From Candidatus Sumerlaeia bacterium (GTDB lineage Bacteria > Sumerlaeota > Sumerlaeia > SLMS01 > JANRJK01), in NCBI GenBank assembly GCA_033764015.1, contig JANRJK010000017.1, positions 64,001 to 128,000 on the forward strand: 64,000 nucleotides of DNA. The letters run 5' to 3'. The notes under the pieces are model-generated. The model saw only the letters and a list, made by a program, of their open reading frames with translations, ran no database searches and was not told the origin of the DNA. Positions 48,862 through 57,912 of this stretch are shown here, piece after piece; the first letter of the stretch is position 1, and each line of letters starts with the position of its first letter. The position numbers were made by a program, and so were the translations under genes.

Positions 48862-51132
48862 TTAGTAGAGGCTCCAGGACTCCGTCGCGGAGGCGGGGGC
48901 CATGATGCTCTTGTAGTGCTGGAGAAGCTGGCGGAACGCGAGGGGCTCGTTCGCCGGGGGAGGATTGCCGAACACGTCGGTGGTGTTGGCGCCGTGGCAG
49001 TTCGTGCAACTCCGCACCTCGCCCGCGGCCATCGTGAGCCAGTACCGTTCGCGCACCACCGGCGTTCCATCCGGGCCGACGGTCTGCCAGGTCATGGCGC
49101 GGCCCGCGGGAACGAACGCCGCCGCGGATCCGTCGTCGGCGATCTTCACCGCGCCCGACGGCGCACTCCCGCCCGGGTCGGGATTCGCGCCCTCGTCGTG
49201 GAAGCGGGCGAGGGCCCTCCGCCCGGGGCGAACGGTGCTGTGGTTGATGTTGTCGGCGTACCCTCGGACGTACTGCGCGGAGAGGAGCTGGAGGTAGCTG
49301 ATTTCCTCCGGTTCCTCGCCGGCCTCGGTGGTTTCGTGGCCGCTCCAGGAGACGCGCAGGTTGTAAGGCTGCTGCTTGTCGCCGCGGACGGTCACATCCC
49401 GCGCGGTGATGACGGCGAGGTTCTGGTCCTTCAGCCACTGCTTGAAGACTTCTACGCCCTGCGGGGATCCGAGCTCCTCCAGCATCACTTGCGCTTCGAT
49501 CGCCGGCAGGTGGGGAGCCGCGGGCGTTGGCGCCGGGCGGGCGACGACCTCGACCGGAAACAGCTCCCACATCCGCCCCGAGTAGGTGACGGAACGGAGG
49601 GGCCAGAACGAGGGCACTTGGTAGGTGATCGACTTGGTGATCCCGCCGGGCACGAGCTCCTCCGCCGGTTCGACGAAGCCCTCCCCATTTTCGACGAGCT
49701 TGCGGATGGTGAACTGGTAGTTGCTCGAGAGCGGATAGGGCGCCGGCAAGCCCGGATCGGCGGCGGTGCTCGTGGCGAACGCGCCGGTGCCGTTCGTCGC
49801 CGCCCAGAGCGTGCCGTCGCTCATCGGCATCGGATCGCGGAACATCGTGGCGACCACGTCGCCCGCCCAATCGGAGGCGTCCGGCGGCGTCACCGCCACC
49901 ATGGTCGCCGAAATGCTGTCGGGATTCAGCCCTGCGGGAGAGTCGAAGCGGAGCAGCCTCCCCGCGCCGTGGGTACCGAACTCGGCGGCGTCGATCCCAT
50001 AGTAGCGCCCAGGAACGACTGGACTTTCGCGAATCTGGTTGAAGGACCGGATGTAGACGTCGCCGTTCCGGGAGAAATCCGGCAGGTCGTCCCACGCGGT
50101 GGGGACGTAGCCGAAGAACTCGTGCCGCCCGAGGTGGTTCAGCACCTCTGCGTCGGTACCGTCCTGGTTGATCATCCAGGGGAAGAAGAAGTTGAAGTCC
50201 TGCTTGCGCATTCCGGGCACGAAGTCCTGGTCCCAGTACGGATGGGGAACCTTCCCCGGGTTGTGGGAGCCGGCGACGTCGGGATGGAGGCGGCCGTTTT
50301 CGGGGAAGTACTCGTCGCCGAACTGGATCGGGTGGTAGCTCGGCGAGGCTTCGCTGTCGAAGGTCACGGGGAAACGCTGCTGGGGCAGGCCGCGGACGAT
50401 CTCGTCGATCGTCAAGTCCGCCTGCTGGTCGCGCTTGAGATGGTCCCAGCGGGTGAAGACCACGCGGCCGAAGCTGTCCACGAACGGCGTGAAGTCCCCG
50501 GACGGGCAGTGGTCCAGAACGTGAAGGTTGCTTCCGTCTGCGTTCATCTTCCACAGGCCGGAGACGATGGGCGTCGACTCGTACTCGTCGAGGGGCGGGT
50601 AGTGGGAGCGGTCGCCCGTCACCACGTCGTCGGAAGCGAAGATGATCGATCCGTCCGAGGCGTAGCAGGGTTGGATGTTGTTGCAGTCGGAGGGTTGCAC
50701 CAGCTTCGTGATGGTCGCGGTGGCGCCTTGGGCGAGACCGCTGACCTCGTAGAGTTGGAAGTACACATCCGGCGGATTGAAGCCGGTGCCGCCGACGGCC
50801 ATGCTGAAGACCGCCTTCTCGCCGCTCCAGTGGACGTTCGGTTCCCGCACGCAGATTTCCGCTCCCGGCGCGAGCCCGAAGCCCGCTTCCGCGGTCAGGT
50901 TCCGGAGCGTTCCGTCGGGGTAGACGATGTGCAAGTCCCCGCCGCGCGGAGCGCGCGACACCCGCGCCTGGTGGCTGTCCACGAAACTGACAAAGTGGCC
51001 GTAGGTGCCGGAAATGGTGCCTCCGGTGGATGGGGTTACAGTGACGAAGAGGACGGGGTTGGTGGGCCCAGCGGGGGCCGGGGTTTGAGCGAGGGCCGCT
51101 GCGGCGATGACGAGGGCGTGGCGCAACTTCAT
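48862..51132 (-). CDS. Secreted HzsA-related (hydrazine synthase alpha middle domain-like) protein with CxxCH
   Basis: Signal peptide; GTLRNLT, REPNVHWSG, GRVVFTRWDH, DGSAAAFVPA..AGEVRSCTNCH; ends SATESWSLY. Confidence 0.75.
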   Translation of the reverse strand: MKLRHALVIAAAALAQTPAPAGPTNPVLFVTVTPSTGGTISGTYGHFVSFVDSHQARVSRAPRGGDLHIVYPDGTLRNLTAEAGFGLAPGAEICVREPNVHWSGEKAVFSMAVGGTGFNPPDVYFQLYEVSGLAQGATATITKLVQPSDCNNIQPCYASDGSIIFASDDVVTGDRSHYPPLDEYESTPIVSGLWKMNADGSNLHVLDHCPSGDFTPFVDSFGRVVFTRWDHLKRDQQADLTIDEIVRGLPQQRFPVTFDSEASPSYHPIQFGDEYFPENGRLHPDVAGSHNPGKVPHPYWDQDFVPGMRKQDFNFFFPWMINQDGTDAEVLNHLGRHEFFGYVPTAWDDLPDFSRNGDVYIRSFNQIRESPVVPGRYYGIDAAEFGTHGAGRLLRFDSPAGLNPDSISATMVAVTPPDASDWAGDVVATMFRDPMPMSDGTLWAATNGTGAFATSTAADPGLPAPYPLSSNYQFTIRKLVENGEGFVEPAEELVPGGITKSITYQVPSFWPLRSVTYSGRMWELFPVEVVARPAPTPAAPHLPAIEAQVMLEELGSPQGVEVFKQWLKDQNLAVITARDVTVRGDKQQPYNLRVSWSGHETTEAGEEPEEISYLQLLSAQYVRGYADNINHSTVRPGRRALARFHDEGANPDPGGSAPSGAVKIADDGSAAAFVPAGRAMTWQTVGPDGTPVVRERYWLTMAAGEVRSCTNCHGANTTDVFGNPPPANEPLAFRQLLQHYKSIMAPASATESWSLY

Positions 51133-51199
51133 GGTGGGGTCCTTTGCGGGGAGTAAAGGCCGGTCTGGTTCCGGCGGTCGGTTGGGTTGCAGGCGCAGC

Positions 51200-51229
51200 T
51201 ACGCGGCACCGCGTACGATGGTCAACGTA
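51200..51229. promoter_or_regulatory. Two overlapping TACG-N8-CGTA boxes
   Basis: TACGCGGCACCGCGTA (51200-51215) and TACGATGGTCAACGTA (51214-51229); the second contains a minus-strand TTGACC. Confidence 0.7.
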
Positions 51230-51253
51230 CATAGGCCGAAAAAAAAGTTGGGT

Positions 51254-52888
51254 TTAGGGGGGGCGGATGAACGTGATCGTCGAGTCGTCCTCGTATCGGT
51301 AAACGAGGTCGTGCTCGTGGGCGATCTTGTTGATGACCCCCCTCGCGGTGACCGTCTCGAGACAGGTTGGCACCGGCAGCGCGGCGAGCGCGGCGTCGTA
51401 CTGGAACCGGAGCCCGGTTACCTCCGAGACATGCCCAAGCGCCTGTTCAAGTGGGATTGGCGTCGTGCGGCCCCATTGGACTTCCCGCTTGAGTTGGCCG
51501 AACATCCGTTGCCGCTCGTGGAAGTGGTGGAGCGAGAGGCGGTAGACGCCGGGATAGGGGCCGCAGCCGTCCCACCAGGCTCCGGTGACGGTTTGCGTGG
51601 CGGGATCGGCGGGGAAGTCCATCTGCAAGAGGTTGAACGCGGAATTGATGACCATTCCGGCGCTAACCCCCTCGAACTCGAAGTCGACCGGTTGCTCCGC
51701 GGCGCCGGGGGGCAGGACGAAGCGGACGCCCGTTTGGCGGGTGACCTCGGCGAGCGCCGCCCCGAGGGTGGTGCCCTTCATCTCGACCGTGATGACCTTG
51801 CGCTTGAGGTCGTTGAAGGCCGCGACGGCGGGTTCGACGGACCGGGGGGCTTCGCGGGGCGGGGGCGTCGCGATCGCAAGCATCGACGGAAGGAGGAGCG
51901 CGCCGGCGAGGAGCGCGGGCAGGGGGGTGCGGTTGTTTCCCGTCTCCATCGGCGGCACCACGAGGCGCTTCACCCGGCGGTAGAGGTCGCCGCCGGTGGC
52001 CGCGACGGCTGGGCTCGGCATCGGGGCGGCTGGGCGCAGCTTCTCCAGCGCGGCGAGCGCCTTGCCAAGTGCCAACGGGTCTCCCATCACGTCGATCGCG
52101 AGATCGTCGCAGGCATGTTCCCGTTCACGCCGGATGATGCGGGATATCCCCCAGACGGCGGGATGGTAGAAGAAGAGAACTTCGACAGTGGACTGGATGA
52201 AGTTCACCAGATAGTCATGGCGCCGGACGTGGGCGAGTTCGTGGGCGAGCACCAGCTCGAGCTGCCTCGGCGAAAGGCCCGTCATGGCGCTGGCGGGAAG
52301 CAGGATCGCCGGGCGCAGCCACCCGACAACGGCGGGGACCGGGGCGATGGCTGACTCGAGCAGCCAGACCGGGTGGTGCACGCCGAGGCTCGCGGCGATC
52401 TCCTCCACGCGGCGGCGCAGCGATTCGCCCACCGGCCTCACATACCGGAAGCGGAGACGCTGCAGTTCTAGCCACCCCAGCAAGAGCCGGCCTCCGAAGG
52501 CACAGACGCCGGCGGACCAGAGCAGCACGAGGTGGGGGAACCAACGTTCGATGAAGCCGAGGCCGCGCTGGTACAGGCTCCCGGAGCTATCCGGGGGGGC
52601 GGCTTCCATCGACGCAGCGAGCGTCACCGTCGGGGGATAGGCGCCCGGTGACGGATCGTAAATGGTCGAGGGGACCCGGACGGCGTCGCCGCCGCTGACG
52701 ACGAAGAACGTCGCGACCGGGAGCGCAGCCGTGGCGAGCAGGGCACCGCAGGCGAGCAGGTAGCGCCGCTGCGCCTCGCGCTCGGAAACGCGCCGCAGCG
52801 CCGCCGCCAAGACGAACCACACGAGCGCGCCTTGCCACACGAAGTGGACAAGGGTCCAACCGATGGCGTGGATCAGCTCTCGTGGCAT
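51254..52888 (-). CDS. BlaR1/M56 family metallopeptidase with C-terminal STN-like domains
   Basis: GWTLVHFVWQG, HELAHVRRHD, FFYHPAVW, EREHACD. Confidence 0.9.
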   Translation of the reverse strand: MPRELIHAIGWTLVHFVWQGALVWFVLAAALRRVSEREAQRRYLLACGALLATAALPVATFFVVSGGDAVRVPSTIYDPSPGAYPPTVTLAASMEAAPPDSSGSLYQRGLGFIERWFPHLVLLWSAGVCAFGGRLLLGWLELQRLRFRYVRPVGESLRRRVEEIAASLGVHHPVWLLESAIAPVPAVVGWLRPAILLPASAMTGLSPRQLELVLAHELAHVRRHDYLVNFIQSTVEVLFFYHPAVWGISRIIRREREHACDDLAIDVMGDPLALGKALAALEKLRPAAPMPSPAVAATGGDLYRRVKRLVVPPMETGNNRTPLPALLAGALLLPSMLAIATPPPREAPRSVEPAVAAFNDLKRKVITVEMKGTTLGAALAEVTRQTGVRFVLPPGAAEQPVDFEFEGVSAGMVINSAFNLLQMDFPADPATQTVTGAWWDGCGPYPGVYRLSLHHFHERQRMFGQLKREVQWGRTTPIPLEQALGHVSEVTGLRFQYDAALAALPVPTCLETVTARGVINKIAHEHDLVYRYEDDSTITFIRPP

Positions 52889-52921
52889 CTCGGGAGCGCC
52901 TGCTTCCGCGCCCTTCCCCCG

Positions 52922-53326
52922 TCAGGAGGGTTTGGGCTTCCCGGCGTTATCGTCCATCTCATCCAGAAGCTCATGGAGGCGTCGAAGTTCGTCGCTGCTC
53001 GCCGGCTTCACGGAGAGAGCGCGCATCGCGAGCTCTGCGGCGGAGTCCGCGAAGGTGTTCTTCATGAAGCGGGAGACCAGGCGGTCCTTGACCGACTGCT
53101 CGGATTCCGAAGGGAGGTACCGGTGCGCGCGCTCCGACTCGTCGCGCCGCACGATGCCCTTCTCGTGCATGACCTGCATCGCCTTGAGGACCGTCGTGTA
53201 AACCATCGGGCGATTCGCGCTCAGCGCTTCGTGGACCTGACGGACCGTCGCCGGCCCGCCGACGCGCCATAGCTCCTGCAAGATCTCCAGTTCGAAGTCG
53301 GTGGGTAACGGACTTTCGGGGGGCAT
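52922..53326 (-). CDS. BlaI/MecI/CopY family repressor
   Basis: PTDFELEILQELW..ATVRQVHE..YTTVLKAMQVMHEKG..RAHRY. Confidence 0.92.
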   Translation of the reverse strand: MPPESPLPTDFELEILQELWRVGGPATVRQVHEALSANRPMVYTTVLKAMQVMHEKGIVRRDESERAHRYLPSESEQSVKDRLVSRFMKNTFADSAAELAMRALSVKPASSDELRRLHELLDEMDDNAGKPKPS

Positions 53327-53370
53327 CGCAGGCACGCGGTCTAGGGATGGTTTTGCGTGGACGACGTTGA

Positions 53371-53400
53371 TACGGCTTCCGACGTATGTCAAGGCGCGTA
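53371..53400. promoter_or_regulatory. TACG-N8-CGTA operator abutting the -35 of the blaI-like gene, plus an imperfect tandem copy
   Basis: TACGGCTTCCGACGTA-TGTCAA, and TATG-N8-CGTA at 53385-53400. Confidence 0.7.
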
Positions 53401-53507
53401 TCCTCGTCCCCACCAGCGTCGGCGGCAGGGCGCGATCCATCCCGCGATTGACAACGGCCCGCGGGTCCCTTGTCTTCCCGACATCCCGCCTGCTAGACCC
53501 ATGGTCC

Positions 53508-55085
53508 ATGTGTCATCCCGACGTGCGAATCCTTCAGATCGACTCGAGCAATGCGGACCTGCTCGACCGGCACGATCCGGATATCTTCGATGAGGAGTTG
53601 AGTCCGGCGCGGACGCTCGAGCTGGCCGCAGCGCAGGGGAGTCTCCTCCTGGTCGCATCCGCCAATGGGCTTGTCGTGGGCCAGTGCCTCGCGCATCTGC
53701 ACCAGCAGGCGGACAAACCCACGGAGCTCTACCTCGACAACCTCGGGGTCTCGGTTGCCTACCGGCGGAGGGGGATCGGTCGCCGGCTTGTCCGCGCGGC
53801 GATGGCCTGGGGATCGGCCCGGGGCGCGGCACTCGTGTGGGTGGCGACGGAGCCGGACAACGTGGAGGCGCTGGCGCTCTACCGTTCGCTGGGGCTTGGG
53901 GAGCGTGTGGCCATCGTGCTCGAGGGGCCACTCGACGGGAGCTCACCGCCGAGCGCATCCGCCCCCGCGGTAACCGCGTTGACCCAGACCCCGCGCCCCG
54001 GGAGCCTCCCCGCCGAGTCTCCGCCACCACTCCCGACGCAGGACGCACGCGCCGTGACCGCCGCACCCTCCCCGCAGCAACCGCTCGCCGAGCGCCTCGC
54101 GCGCCACACCGCCGCCGTGGACGCCTATCTCGATGGCCTCCTCGACCGCGAGGAGCAGGTGGCGAACCTCCACGACGCGGTGCGCTACGCGCTGGGGCTC
54201 GACCTGCCGCCGGGGCCGTCGCGCGGCAAGCGCATCCGACCCGCGCTCTGCCTCGCCGCCGCGGAGGCGCTCGGCGCCGACCCGGCGGACGCGCTGCCAT
54301 TCGCCGCGGCGATCGAGCTGTTCCACAACTTCGCCCTGGTGCACGACGACATCGAGGACGGCGACGAAATGCGCCGCGGGCGCCCCTGCGTCTACAAGAA
54401 GTGGGGCGTCGCGCACGGCATCAACATCGGCGACTTCATCGCCTGCAAGATCGTCAGCACGCTCGTCCAGCCCGGCATCTGGGAGGCGGAGCTGCGGCTG
54501 CGGCTCTTCACCCTGATCAGCGAGGCGATGGACCACACGCACATCGGGCAGTGCCTCGATATCGGCGCGCGCGGCACCGCGGAGTTCACCGTGGACGACT
54601 ACCTCCGCATCGTGCGCGAAAAGACCGGCTACTACCTCGCGGTGGCGTTGCTCGGCGGAGCCGAGATCGGCGGCGCGGACGCGCGCACCATGGCTGCGCT
54701 CCGCCGTTACGGCCTCTCCGTGGGGCCGCTGTTCCAGATCCTCGACGACGTCATCGACCTGACCGAGGGGAAGGGGCGCGGAGAGCGCGGGTCGGACATC
54801 GGCGAGGGGAAGCGCAGCTATCTGGTGGCGGTGACGCTGCCGCGCTGTTCGCCGGAGGAGCGCGCCGAACTGCTCCGCATCCTCGACGCGCCGCGGGAAG
54901 AGACGACGAAGGCGAACGTGGACTGGGCGATCGCGTTGTTCGAGCGCCACGGCGCCATGGACGCGGCCCTCGAGTACTGCGAGGGGCTCCGCGCGGAGGC
55001 GATGGCGGCGGCGGCGGAAACGCCCCCGGCGCTGCGCGCGCTGCTCGAGGAGACGGCGGAACTGCTCAGCTCGCGGCGCAGCTAG
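53508..55085 (+). CDS. GNAT acetyltransferase in frame with a polyprenyl diphosphate synthase (fusion, or two genes lacking a stop)
   Basis: GNAT: YRRRGIGRRL, NVEALALYRSLG; synthase: GKRIRP, LVHDDIED..RRG, EKTG, FQILDD, DIGEGK; synthase alone could start at a GTG near 54054. Confidence 0.75.
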   Translation: MCHPDVRILQIDSSNADLLDRHDPDIFDEELSPARTLELAAAQGSLLLVASANGLVVGQCLAHLHQQADKPTELYLDNLGVSVAYRRRGIGRRLVRAAMAWGSARGAALVWVATEPDNVEALALYRSLGLGERVAIVLEGPLDGSSPPSASAPAVTALTQTPRPGSLPAESPPPLPTQDARAVTAAPSPQQPLAERLARHTAAVDAYLDGLLDREEQVANLHDAVRYALGLDLPPGPSRGKRIRPALCLAAAEALGADPADALPFAAAIELFHNFALVHDDIEDGDEMRRGRPCVYKKWGVAHGINIGDFIACKIVSTLVQPGIWEAELRLRLFTLISEAMDHTHIGQCLDIGARGTAEFTVDDYLRIVREKTGYYLAVALLGGAEIGGADARTMAALRRYGLSVGPLFQILDDVIDLTEGKGRGERGSDIGEGKRSYLVAVTLPRCSPEERAELLRILDAPREETTKANVDWAIALFERHGAMDAALEYCEGLRAEAMAAAAETPPALRALLEETAELLSSRRS

Positions 55086-55180
55086 CCCCTTTCCCCTTTC
55101 ACCGCCGGGGGGCGGGGCGCATCGTTCCGCTCTTCGCCGCGCGTGCGCGCGCGGCCAGCGCCGACCCCTAGGATTCCCGC

Positions 55181-56728
55181 ATGAGTTCCGCCCCCGACAA
55201 GGCACGCTCCGCCGTCACGCTCGACACCATCGTTTCGCTCTGCAAGCGCCGCGGCATCATCTTCCCCGGCTCGGAGGTGTACGGCGGCCTTGGCGGCACC
55301 TTCGACTACGGCCCCGTCGGCGTGGAGCTGAAGCGCAACGTCAAGGACGCCTGGTGGCGCTCCGTCGTGTACGAGCGCGACGACTGCGAGGGGCTCGACG
55401 CCGCCATCCTCATGCACCCGACCACCTGGAAGGCCTCCGGCCACGTGGACGGCTTCAGCGATCCGCTCGTGGACTGCTACGGGCCCTCGAAGAAGCGCTA
55501 CCGCGCCGACCACCTCGAGGAGACCGAGTGCGCCCGCTACACCGTGACCGACATCACGGACGACGCGAACCCGGTCACGCACGACACGCAGCTCTGGGCG
55601 CCCTCGAAGGCGAAGGCGAAGGACTTCTACAAGAACTACTGGGAGAAGCACCTCGGCCTCGCCGGCAAGAAGGTGAAGATCGAGGAGGTCGAGGGGTCGA
55701 TGCGCCGCGGCCTCTTCGGGCCCGACGACGGCGGCGCGCTCGGCGAGCCGCGCAACTTCAACCTGATGTTCACCACCAAGGTGGGCCCCGTCGAGGACGA
55801 GGCGGCGACCGTCTACCTGCGCCCCGAGACCGCACAGGGCATCTTCGTGAACTTCGAGAACGTGCGCGCGTCCGCCCGCCGCAAGCTCCCCTTCGGCATC
55901 GCGCAGGTCGGCAAGTCCTTCCGCAACGAGATCACGCCGCGCAACTTCATCTTCCGCACGCGCGAGTTCGAGCAGATGGAGGTCGAGTTCTTCTGCAAGC
56001 CCGGCGACCGCTGCAAGGAGGGCGAGAAGACCGACGAGCAGTGGCACGAGGACTGGATGCGCCGCCGCTTCGAGTGGTACGTGCGCTACGGCATCCGCGC
56101 GGAGAACCTCCGCCTGCGCCCACACGCCAAGGACGAGCTGGCGCACTACGCCAAGGCGTGCAGCGACATCGAGTACCTCTTCCCCATCGGCTGGCAGGAA
56201 CTCGAGGGCATCGCGAACCGCACCGACTTCGACCTGACGCAGCACATGAAGCACAGCGGCAAGGACCTGCGCTACTTCGACCAGGAACTGAACGACCACT
56301 ACATCCCCTACGTGATCGAGCCGAGCGCCGGCGCGGACCGCTCGACGCTTGCGTTCCTGGTGGACGCCTACACGGAGGAGGAGGTGCGCGAGGACAAGCG
56401 CGTGGTGCTCAAGCTGCACCGCAAGCTGGCGCCGATCAAGGCGGCGGTATTCCCGCTCCTGCGCAACCGCCCCGAGCTGGTCGCCATGGCGGAGAAGCTC
56501 ACCGCGGACCTCAAGAAGCACGTCTACGCCGTGTACGACGACACCGCCGCGATCGGAAAGCTCTACCGCCGGCAGGACGAGATCGGCACGCCGTACTGCA
56601 TCACCGTGGACGTCGACTCGCTCGACGACCAGAAGGTGACGATCCGCGACCGCGACACGATGGAGCAGGTCCGCATCCCGGCGGACCAAGTGGTGGCGCA
56701 CGTCCGCGCCGGCATCGAGGGCGCGTGA
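55181..56728 (+). CDS. glyQS: Glycine--tRNA ligase (homodimeric type)
   Basis: DYGPVG, YLRPETAQG, GKSFRNEITP, RTREFEQME, YRRQDEIGTP. Confidence 0.96.
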   Translation: MSSAPDKARSAVTLDTIVSLCKRRGIIFPGSEVYGGLGGTFDYGPVGVELKRNVKDAWWRSVVYERDDCEGLDAAILMHPTTWKASGHVDGFSDPLVDCYGPSKKRYRADHLEETECARYTVTDITDDANPVTHDTQLWAPSKAKAKDFYKNYWEKHLGLAGKKVKIEEVEGSMRRGLFGPDDGGALGEPRNFNLMFTTKVGPVEDEAATVYLRPETAQGIFVNFENVRASARRKLPFGIAQVGKSFRNEITPRNFIFRTREFEQMEVEFFCKPGDRCKEGEKTDEQWHEDWMRRRFEWYVRYGIRAENLRLRPHAKDELAHYAKACSDIEYLFPIGWQELEGIANRTDFDLTQHMKHSGKDLRYFDQELNDHYIPYVIEPSAGADRSTLAFLVDAYTEEEVREDKRVVLKLHRKLAPIKAAVFPLLRNRPELVAMAEKLTADLKKHVYAVYDDTAAIGKLYRRQDEIGTPYCITVDVDSLDDQKVTIRDRDTMEQVRIPADQVVAHVRAGIEGA

Positions 56729-57912
56729 CCGACAAGCCCCGATTTCCACGCCTGACACTCAAGCCGGACTCGCTGAAGCGGGTCCGCCGCGGCCACCGCT
56801 GGATCTTCTCGAACGAGGTGGCGGAGGTCGAATCCGGCGGCGGGAACGGTGGCGAAGTCGCCGTCATGGCCCCGGACGGCACCTTCATGGGCTGCGCGCT
56901 CTACAGCGCGCACGCCCTGATCGCCGCGCGCATCTACGCGAACCACACCATGGGATTCGACGGCGAGCTGCTGCGCACCCGCCTCGCAGAGGCGGACGCC
57001 CTGCGCGCCCGCTTCCTGCCGGGACGCCAGGCGTACCGCGTCGCCTACAGCGACAGCGACGGCCTCCCCGGCGTCGTGCTCGACCGCTACGGTCGAGTCT
57101 TCGTGCTGCAACTGCTCACGGTCGGCGCCGACGCTCGGCGCGGGATGATCGTCGACGCGGTGCGCGACCTCTTCGCGCCGGCGGCCATCGTCGAGCGCAG
57201 CGACGGCTCCGCGCGCGACCTCGAGGGACTGCCCCGCGTCTCCGGCGTGCTCCATGGCGAGCTGCCCGATTCGCTCGTGGTGGACCACCTCGGCGTGCGC
57301 ATCTACGCGGACCCGCTCAAGGGGCAGAAGACCGGACTCTACCTCGACCAGGCGTCGAACTGGCCCATCGCCCGCGAACTCGCCCGCGGCGCGCGCGTTC
57401 TCGACCTCTTCTGCCACAACGGCGGATGGACGCTCTTCGCAGGGGCCGGCGGGGCGGAGCATGTCACCTCCGTCGACGAGAGTCCCGAGGCGCTCGCCGG
57501 CCTCCGCACCGCCTGGGACGAAAACGGCTTTCCCGCGGACCGCGTGCGACCGGTGGTCCGCGATGTCTTCCAGTTCCTGCGCGGCGACCAGAACTCCTAC
57601 GGGCTTGTCGTGTGCGACCCGCCCGCGTTCGCGAAGAACCGCAAGGCGGTGCCCGACGCGCTGCGCGGCTACCGCGAGGTGAACCGCAACGCCATGAAGC
57701 GCGTCGCCCCCGGCGGCTTCCTGGTGACGTGCTCGTGCTCGCACAACGTCACGCGCGACGACTTCGAGCAGTCGCTCCGGCTTTCGGCCCGCGACGTCTC
57801 GCGCTCGTTCCGCGTGCTCCCCATGGGTGGCCAGCCGCTCGACCACCCGGTGCTGCTCGGGGTGCCGGAGTCGGAGTACCTGAAGGTGTTCGTCCTTCAG
57901 GACTGCACTTAG
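56725..57912 (+). CDS. rlmI: Class I SAM-dependent rRNA methyltransferase, RlmI-like
   Basis: GHRWIFSNE PUA domain, SDGLPG, GQKTGLYLDQ, DPPAF, TCSCS, EYLK. Confidence 0.85.
   Translation: MTDKPRFPRLTLKPDSLKRVRRGHRWIFSNEVAEVESGGGNGGEVAVMAPDGTFMGCALYSAHALIAARIYANHTMGFDGELLRTRLAEADALRARFLPGRQAYRVAYSDSDGLPGVVLDRYGRVFVLQLLTVGADARRGMIVDAVRDLFAPAAIVERSDGSARDLEGLPRVSGVLHGELPDSLVVDHLGVRIYADPLKGQKTGLYLDQASNWPIARELARGARVLDLFCHNGGWTLFAGAGGAEHVTSVDESPEALAGLRTAWDENGFPADRVRPVVRDVFQFLRGDQNSYGLVVCDPPAFAKNRKAVPDALRGYREVNRNAMKRVAPGGFLVTCSCSHNVTRDDFEQSLRLSARDVSRSFRVLPMGGQPLDHPVLLGVPESEYLKVFVLQDCT

Noticed and set aside
48862..51132. Anammox hydrazine synthase
   Set aside because: No hzsB/hzsC or other anammox genes in the window; only domain-level resemblance.
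51254..53326. Beta-lactam resistance locus
   Set aside because: The M56 protein lacks a penicillin-binding sensor domain and no beta-lactamase is adjacent.
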